From the NCBI GenBank assembly GCA_026391945.1, contig JAPLDA010000071.1:1247-65246 (forward strand): a DNA stretch of 64,000 nucleotides, read 5' to 3'. Origin of the DNA: Bacteroidota bacterium. GTDB lineage: Bacteria > Bacteroidota > Bacteroidia > AKYH767-A > 2013-40CM-41-45. The notes under the pieces were generated by a model. It made no database searches and had not been told where the DNA came from. It worked only from the letters and a program-made list of their open reading frames with translations. Shown in pieces: positions 58,321 through 64,000 of this stretch (position 1 is its first letter; each line of letters begins with the position of its first letter). The position numbers and the translations under genes are program-made.

Positions 58321-59875
58321 AATTCACCGACCTCGTTTCCCTGATCACGGTAACCTTCACCTGGCCGGGATACGTCATCTCCGTCTGAATTTTGTTGGCG
58401 ATGTCGAACGAAAGAACTTCCGCCTGCTTGTCGGTGATTTTTTCACTCTGAACAATCACACGTAATTCCCTTCCGGCCTGGATGGCAAATGTTTTTTCAA
58501 CACCGGGATACGAAAGCGCCATCGCTTCCATGTCTTTGAGACGTTTGATGTATGAAGCAACCACTTCGCGCCTTGCACCCGGACGGGCACCTGAAATGGC
58601 ATCGCAGACCTGTACAATCGGTGAGATCATGCTGTTCATTTCAACCTCGTCGTGGTGAGCGCCGATGGCATTGCATATCTCCGGATTCTCCTTGAATTTT
58701 TCCGCCAGCTTCATCCCGAGAATTGCATGCGGTAATTCCGGCTCATCATCAGGAACTTTCCCGATGTCGTGAAGCAATCCCGCACGCTTGGCGAGTTTTT
58801 GATTGAGTCCAAGTTCCGCCGCCATGATAGCGCACGGGTTGGCCACTTCACGGGAGTGCTGCAATAAATTTTGTCCGTAGGAAGAACGGTATTTCATTCT
58901 GCCGATCATGCGGATGAGTTCCGGAGCCAGTCCGTGGATACCCAAATCGATGGTCGTGCGTTTTCCCACTTCGATGATTTCATCTTCCAGTTGCCGTTTT
59001 ACTTTGGCCACCACTTCTTCAATACGTGCAGGGTGAATGCGGCCATCGCTCACGAGTTGGTGCAGCGCAAGCCGTGCAAGTTCCCTTCTCACCGGGTCGA
59101 AACAGGAAAGGATGATGGACTCCGGTGTGTCGTCCACAATGATTTCAACTCCTGTAGCTGCTTCCAAAGCACGGATGTTTCTTCCTTCACGACCGATGAT
59201 CCTTCCCTTCACCTCTTCATTCTCGATGTTGAAAACGGTCACGGCATTTTCGATGGCATGCTCCGTGGCCACGCGCTGAATCGTTTGTATGATGATCCTC
59301 TTCGCTTCCTTGTTGGCGGTGAGTTTGGCTTCCTCCATGATGTCTTTGATGGAAGACATGGCTTCTGTTTTTGCTTCCGCCTTCAACGCTTCCACCAGTT
59401 GGGTTTTCGCCTGGTCGACACTGAGGCCGCTGATTTTTTCGAGCTGCTCCACCTGCCGCTGGTGAACTTTTCCGAGTTCTTCTTTTTTTGCTTCGAGGAT
59501 CTGGAGCTGGTGTTTCAGGTTTTCCTGGAGCGTTTCGTATTCCTGTTGTTTGCGCTGCGACTGTTCCATCTTCTGCGACACAGCCGCTTCTTTTTGCTTG
59601 ATGCGGTTTTCAGCCGCATTGATATTCCTGTCCTTCTCAGAAATCACTTTTTCATGTTCTGTTTTCAGCTGAAGGAATTTTTCTTTGGCTTCCAGGATTT
59701 TGTTTTTCTTGAGTACTTCAGCTTCCGATTCGGCTTCTTTCAGGATGCTTTGTGCTTTCGATAAAGCGGCATCGTCTTTTGCTTTCATTGACCTCTTCAC
59801 CACAATCCATGTGACGATGATGCCCACGACAAAGGCTGCCAGTCCGATTACAATATTGATTACGTTGATGTCCAT
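58310..59875 (-). CDS. rny: Ribonuclease Y
   Basis: N-terminal TM, coiled coil, KH (…[15 protein letters not shown]…), HD domain (…HDIGK…). Confidence 0.9.
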   Translation of the reverse strand: MDINVINIVIGLAAFVVGIIVTWIVVKRSMKAKDDAALSKAQSILKEAESEAEVLKKNKILEAKEKFLQLKTEHEKVISEKDRNINAAENRIKQKEAAVSQKMEQSQRKQQEYETLQENLKHQLQILEAKKEELGKVHQRQVEQLEKISGLSVDQAKTQLVEALKAEAKTEAMSSIKDIMEEAKLTANKEAKRIIIQTIQRVATEHAIENAVTVFNIENEEVKGRIIGREGRNIRALEAATGVEIIVDDTPESIILSCFDPVRRELARLALHQLVSDGRIHPARIEEVVAKVKRQLEDEIIEVGKRTTIDLGIHGLAPELIRMIGRMKYRSSYGQNLLQHSREVANPCAIMAAELGLNQKLAKRAGLLHDIGKVPDDEPELPHAILGMKLAEKFKENPEICNAIGAHHDEVEMNSMISPIVQVCDAISGARPGARREVVASYIKRLKDMEAMALSYPGVEKTFAIQAGRELRVIVQSEKITDKQAEVLSFDIANKIQTEMTYPGQVKVTVIRETRSVNYAK

Positions 59876-59904
59876 AAATTATTAATATATGTTTTACAAA
59901 AATA

Positions 59905-59965
59905 ACTGACCCGCAGAGCGGGGTATTGACCAGATCCCTCGACGTTGCTCGGGATTAATTCGACT
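59905..59965. repeat. Intergenic repeat element copy B (…GAGCGGGGTATTGACCAGATCCCTCGACGTTGCTCGGGATTAATTCGACTTAATG…) in the rny 5' leader region
   Basis: Shares the core CGACGTTGCTCGGGAT and flanking blocks with 42630..42760. Confidence 0.6.
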
Positions 59966-60025
59966 TAATGATTTCAGTTCACCGCCAACGGCGAGTTTCT
60001 GAAATCATAGTCTCATTAATAAAAA

Positions 60026-60232
60026 ACCCGCATTAATACTGAGCGACCATTAAAACCCCAAGAGATATGGGTGGAGTTGCTTGATTCTTCTGACTTCTGC
60101 CGTTAACATTCCGGATCAATCCGGAATGATCCGCCTGGGGCGAATCGCAGCCTGTCATCGAAACCGGAAAGCTATTCTCCAATGGTATCGAAGTGTTGAG
60201 TTTTTTAAGTGAATCTCAGTACTAATGCGGGA
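60026..60232 (-). ncRNA. Candidate structured ncRNA: 17-nt long-range inverted repeat (CCCGCATTAATACTGAG / CTCAGTACTAATGCGGG, 16 of 17 complementary) enclosing ~170 nt with internal hairpins. On the minus strand it ends in the closing stem plus UUUUUUAUU
   Basis: Seen in sequence; internal perfect hairpin cattccgga-tcaa-tccggaatg; lies between zapA and rny (ssrS lies directly downstream of zapA in E. coli). Confidence 0.3.
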
Positions 60233-60242
60233 ATGCATTATT

Positions 60243-60270
60243 AAGTTTAAAGTTCAAAGTTGAAAGTTAA
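60243..60270. repeat. (AAGTTNA)x4 heptanucleotide tandem repeat with N = T, C, G, A in successive copies
   Basis: Seen in sequence, immediately upstream (minus-strand sense) of the candidate ncRNA. Confidence 0.85.
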
Positions 60271-60335
60271 AACAGCAAACTTTATAACTGAGAACCGGGA
60301 ACTAAAAACTATTTACTATTCAAAGAACGTTTCCT

Positions 60336-60653
60336 TTAAGAAGAATGCTGTTCACCGGCAAGATAATCGTCAATGACCGAACCCAGCTTATCCAGCTGTG
60401 TTATGATCTGTTGTGTATGATCTTCCTGCTTCGAACCTTTTTTATGTTGACCCATCGATTCCGATGCAAACTGCAAGGAGCACATGGCGAGAAGGTCTTG
60501 TTTGTCCTTCACCGCATAGTTGTCTTCAAACTCCTTGATGCACTTGTTCACTGATTGTGCAGCATGAACGACTTTTTCCTCCTCATCTTTGGTGATGCGA
60601 AGAGGATAAGTCCGGTTAGCGATAGAAACTTTTACTGATAGCAATTCTCCCAT
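60336..60653 (-). CDS. zapA: Cell division protein ZapA
   Basis: …VSIANRTYPLRIT…. Confidence 0.75.
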   Translation of the reverse strand: MGELLSVKVSIANRTYPLRITKDEEEKVVHAAQSVNKCIKEFEDNYAVKDKQDLLAMCSLQFASESMGQHKKGSKQEDHTQQIITQLDKLGSVIDDYLAGEQHSS

Positions 60654-60663
60654 TGGGATTGAT

Positions 60664-60963
60664 TCACTTATTATTTTGCGTGTTGATCAGCATGACACTT
60701 CTGTCGATTTCGCCGATCATCTCATTGATCTTCTGTTTCATCCCGGTAATACTCCTGTGGCTGCGGTTTCTCTCTTCTTCCTTCAGGTTCAGCATCCCTT
60801 CTTCGATGCGAAGGTGGCGCTGTTTTTCCTCGTCCAGTTCCAGTTCCAGTTTCCGGTTTAACCCCACCAGTTTTTGATTTTCTGATTTGAGTTCTTTATG
60901 CAAAGATATTAATTTTTGAATCCGCCTTTCGAGCTCATCAAATTTTGTTTTCAGTTCGGGCAT
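60664..60963 (-). CDS. Coiled-coil protein upstream of zapA (ZapB-like)
   Basis: Heptad-rich sequence, 99 aa. Confidence 0.5.
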   Translation of the reverse strand: MPELKTKFDELERRIQKLISLHKELKSENQKLVGLNRKLELELDEEKQRHLRIEEGMLNLKEEERNRSHRSITGMKQKINEMIGEIDRSVMLINTQNNK

Positions 60964-61131
60964 GACGTCTGTTTTTTAATACAGCGGGTAATCAACTGCC
61001 ACCGCTTGTAATAGTAAGTACAAATAACAGAAAAATATTTGAATCATCACATAAATTATTAACACCCATTGTTCACATTATCAGGAAAATGGATTATTGG
61101 GGTGAAGTGACAGCAGGCAGTCGGCTATCTT

Positions 61132-61170
61132 CAGTTCACAGTCGGCAGTCAAACTACGGACTGTGAACTG
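61132..61170. promoter_or_regulatory. Perfect 12-bp inverted repeat CAGTTCACAGTC-N15-GACTGTGAACTG in the divergent promoter region, with CAGTCGG direct repeats nearby
   Basis: Seen in sequence. Confidence 0.4.
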
Positions 61171-61239
61171 AGGATTTTATTATTACTTCTTTCCGAATAC
61201 ATTGAGCTATACTCACGTTAAATTATTTTCTTTGCGCAC

Positions 61240-62961
61240 ATGAATAAGAGAAACTTCTTTACACTTTTGATTCTGACCATGATGTCGGCTCAATTGGAAG
61301 CACAGCATAACACGAAAAATTATTTTTCTGCTCCCCTCGACTCTACCCTCAGGCTGATCGGGACATTCGGGGAAATCCGCCATGATCACTTTCACTCCGG
61401 CATCGACCTCAGCACCGATCAGCAGGAAGGAAAAAATGTACATGCCGCCGCAGATGGTTATGTGTCAAGGATTAAAATTGCTGCTGGAGGATTTGGAAAA
61501 GCCATTTACATCACACATCCAAACGGAATGGTAACGGTGTATGCTCATCTCAAAAAATTCAGAAACGATGTTCAGCAATATGTCGTTGCTCATCAGTATG
61601 AACAGAAATCATATGAAATCGAACTTCCGCTTAAACCTAAAGAGTTCAAAGTCAAAAAAGGAGAAGTCATTGCCTTATCAGGAAGTTCCGGTGACGTGAG
61701 CGGGCCTCACCTTCACTTTGAAATAAGGGATGGCGCTACGGAAGAACCTGTGAACCCTTTGCTTTTCGGTTTTGAAATTCAGGATACCATACCGCCGGTG
61801 ATTTCGGCCATCAGAGTTTTTCCGGTTCCCGGACAGGGAATCCTTAGTAACAGCGACACGGCAGCAGATTACTATGTTCAAAAATATGATAAGATGAATA
61901 CGATCAATACACCAGACAACATCCAGGTTTTCGGGAACATAGGCTTTGGAATTGAAGTGACCGATTACGAACAAAATTCGGAAGCTGCTTTGGGTATTTA
62001 TTCTGTTCAGTTGAAAGTAGATTCGACCATCGTGTATGAGTATAAAATGGATAAGTTCAATTTCAATGATACGCGTTATGTGAATGCACACATAGATTAC
62101 GCTTCACGCATCCGGAACAACCTCACCATACAACGATGCTTCCGGCTTCCGGGAAATCATCTGAAAATTTATCCCGACACCAACAAAAGAGGGTATGTGA
62201 ATTTTGCAGATGACGCAGCCCACAATATTGAATTCACCACCAGCGATTTCAACGGAAACAAATCAACATTGATTTTCCCTGTTATCAGCAACCCGTTGTT
62301 CGCCCAGTTGCCGTACGAGCCGGTTCCGGAGGGAGCTGTCCTCGTCACGCCTTTCAAAGGAATTGCCATTCATAAACCCAACGTGGAGATTGTGATTCCG
62401 ACTGGTGCCGTGTATGACAATTACCAGTTTCTTTCTTCCGAATCTCCTCTCCGGGAAAACATGATCACACCCGTTTATCATGTTGGCGACAAAACGGAAG
62501 CGGTACACAATGCGATCACGGTCGGCATCAAACCTGAACATTTTCCTGATTCGATGAAGGCAAAAGCTGCGATCATTTCTTTTGACCGGTACGGAAACCA
62601 AACCTATGAAGGAGGAACCTGGAAGAATGGATTTCTTACGGCACAGGTCAGGCATTTCGGTGACTTTACGATGGCTTTGGATACCACTCCTCCATCCGTC
62701 ACGAAAGAATATTTCCCGGCTGATCTGAACAGTTCAAGAGGAGCGCTGGTTCAGTTTACAGTGACGGATAACCTTTCAGGAATAAAAGATTATTATGCTG
62801 AAGTCGATGGTAAATGGCTGCTGATGGAATACAATAAGAGAGAAAATCTCATCAGCGGCGACATTTCTGCTTTCCCTCAGAACAACCAGCATCACATCGT
62901 TGTAAAAGTGACGGATGAAAAAGGAAATGAAAGGACGTTGAGTGATTCATTTTATTATTAG
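61240..62961 (+). CDS. M23-family metallopeptidase (LytM-type) with large C-terminal extension
   Basis: HxxxD (HFHSGIDL) and HLHFE motifs. Confidence 0.8.
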   Translation: MNKRNFFTLLILTMMSAQLEAQHNTKNYFSAPLDSTLRLIGTFGEIRHDHFHSGIDLSTDQQEGKNVHAAADGYVSRIKIAAGGFGKAIYITHPNGMVTVYAHLKKFRNDVQQYVVAHQYEQKSYEIELPLKPKEFKVKKGEVIALSGSSGDVSGPHLHFEIRDGATEEPVNPLLFGFEIQDTIPPVISAIRVFPVPGQGILSNSDTAADYYVQKYDKMNTINTPDNIQVFGNIGFGIEVTDYEQNSEAALGIYSVQLKVDSTIVYEYKMDKFNFNDTRYVNAHIDYASRIRNNLTIQRCFRLPGNHLKIYPDTNKRGYVNFADDAAHNIEFTTSDFNGNKSTLIFPVISNPLFAQLPYEPVPEGAVLVTPFKGIAIHKPNVEIVIPTGAVYDNYQFLSSESPLRENMITPVYHVGDKTEAVHNAITVGIKPEHFPDSMKAKAAIISFDRYGNQTYEGGTWKNGFLTAQVRHFGDFTMALDTTPPSVTKEYFPADLNSSRGALVQFTVTDNLSGIKDYYAEVDGKWLLMEYNKRENLISGDISAFPQNNQHHIVVKVTDEKGNERTLSDSFYY

Positions 62962-62994
62962 ACGATGGTGACGGTGGGGTTTCAGGAAAAGGAG

Positions 62995-63036
62995 TCAAGA
63001 ACCAAGAGGGAAGAATCAAGAGTTAAGAATTAAGAA
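62995..63036. repeat. Purine-rich degenerate 7-nt periodic tract (NNAAGAR)x6
   Basis: Seen in sequence. Confidence 0.6.
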
Positions 63037-63111
63037 ACGGGAGACGATGAACAACGGACGATGTCAGACAGTGGACAATGGTTAGTAGTCTTTCAAATAA
63101 AAAAAAATTCG

Positions 63112-63501
63112 ATGAAAGAATTCATGTTCCTCATCCGGAATGCAGGAGATCAGAAATCTGCACATGCTCCCGGCCAGCACAGGGAGTTCCTGGAAAAATG
63201 TGAAGTGTATATCTCCACTCTGAAAAAAGAAGGGAGACTGATCTCAGCACAGCCGGTGGAAAGGCAAGGAAAGATCATTTCAGGATCAAATGGAAAATGG
63301 AAGGAAGAACCTTTCACGATTAAAAAAGAAATGTGGGTTGGATATTATCACATCCTCGCCGACGACCTGGAAGAAGCTGTTGCCATAGCGAAAAAAAATC
63401 CCGAATTTGAATACGGAACAATGGCCAGCATCGAAGTCAGGCCGTTAAAGATGATGGAAGTGACGACGGGGTTTGTGTATCCATCAATGCCCAGGAATTA
63501 A
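63112..63501 (+). CDS. YciI-like protein
   Basis: ~130 aa; YCII-related pattern; internal start MKEFMFLI. Confidence 0.5.
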   Translation: MKEFMFLIRNAGDQKSAHAPGQHREFLEKCEVYISTLKKEGRLISAQPVERQGKIISGSNGKWKEEPFTIKKEMWVGYYHILADDLEEAVAIAKKNPEFEYGTMASIEVRPLKMMEVTTGFVYPSMPRN

Positions 63502-63511
63502 TTCGTGGCAT

Positions 63512-64000
63512 TCACCCCTTCACCATCGTTTCAAATTTGTTGAGTGTTGCCTTGCCCACGCTCACGAGCGGAAGCCGCACATGTTCCGAACAAATGTTCA
63601 TCACACTCAGCAAACCTTTTACTCCGGAAGGATTTCCATCCACGAAAATGGCATGCGTGATTTCCATCAGTTTGAAATTCAGTTTACGCGCTTTGTCGAA
63701 ATTTCCTTCCATGGCATTTCTCACCATTTCAGAAAAATCTTTGGGATAGGCATTGGCAATTACTGAAATCACACCATCACCTCCACAGGCAATCAAAGGA
63801 AGTGTTAGCGCATCATCCCCGCTGATAACAAGGAAATCTTTTGGTTTGCCCTTCAGGATGCGCATCACTTTCTCGAGGTTACCGGAAGCTTCTTTGATGC
63901 CGACGATGTTTTTTATTTCATGAGCCAGTTCCAGAGTCGTTTCTGCATCGATGTTGCTCCCCGTACGTGCCGGAACATTGTATAAAATAACCGGAACGGG
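63512..64000 (-). CDS. dapA: 4-hydroxy-tetrahydrodipicolinate synthase, C-terminal part (5' end beyond the window)
   Basis: C-terminal DapA sequence (…GGDGVISVIAN…). Confidence 0.75.
   Translation of the reverse strand, partial: PVPVILYNVPARTGSNIDAETTLELAHEIKNIVGIKEASGNLEKVMRILKGKPKDFLVISGDDALTLPLIACGGDGVISVIANAYPKDFSEMVRNAMEGNFDKARKLNFKLMEITHAIFVDGNPSGVKGLLSVMNICSEHVRLPLVSVGKATLNKFETMVKG

Noticed and set aside
60011-60240. SRP RNA or RNase P RNA in the zapA-rny spacer
   Set aside because: No conserved SRP domain IV motif (…GGUCCGGAAGGAAGCAGC…) or RNase P P4 motifs (…GGAAAGUCCGG… / …AGGGCA…) were recognisable; kept only as a generic or 6S-like candidate.

Overview
This 64 kb window looks like a Bacteroidota chromosome segment. 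Supporting signs are two T9SS-type C-terminal sorting domains, the conserved parA-parB-DUF5683-dapB-lepB block, a TAnnTTTG promoter motif and absent Shine-Dalgarno sequences. It is densely coding, mostly housekeeping. Genes present: a 5'-partial fused cytochrome c biogenesis CcsBA gene, a tmRNA (ssrA) gene and ogt. A minus-strand thrA-thrB-thrC operon in which thrC is disrupted by a ~56-58 nt frameshifting deletion, followed by pabA/trpG-like, RidA and an M61 peptidase gene. A SiaA/SiaB/SiaC-like partner-switch module (PP2C phosphatase, SiaB-like kinase, DUF1987). Two T9SS cargo proteins, an OmpA/TPR/beta-propeller protein and slyD. parAB-DUF5683-dapB-lepB. A LuxC-like acyl-CoA reductase paired with a ferredoxin, nth, an ECF sigma factor, pepP, rpmB, cinA and two tandem Usp proteins. 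A ~14.5 kb minus-strand O-antigen/EPS-type glycan locus (Wzz, Wzx, two Wzy-family proteins, several GTs, methyltransferase, MaoC hotdog, LbH acyltransferase, WecB, DegT aminotransferase, alpha/beta hydrolase, initiating phosphoglycosyltransferase) that begins with rny overlapping the wzz-like gene. zapB-like/zapA, an M23 peptidase, a YciI-like gene and a 5'-partial dapA. No CRISPR array, integrase, transposase, prophage or recognisable defence system was found. The most unusual observations are at the small-feature level. (1) A tandem pair of paralogous, internally duplicated lipoproteins flanking a TPR lipoprotein; the second copy is split by an in-frame TAA inside an A11 tract. (2) Four separate heptanucleotide tandem/periodic repeats, one of them (TAATTCG)x4 inside the DegT aminotransferase CDS, a possible slipped-strand switch. 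(3) An alpha/beta hydrolase in the glycan locus whose nucleophile Ser is Ala. (4) A ~200 nt structured candidate ncRNA with a 17-nt long-range inverted repeat between zapA and rny. (5) A two-copy intergenic repeat family sharing the core CGACGTTGCTCGGGAT. All calls come from reading the sequence and ORF translations; no database searches were possible.
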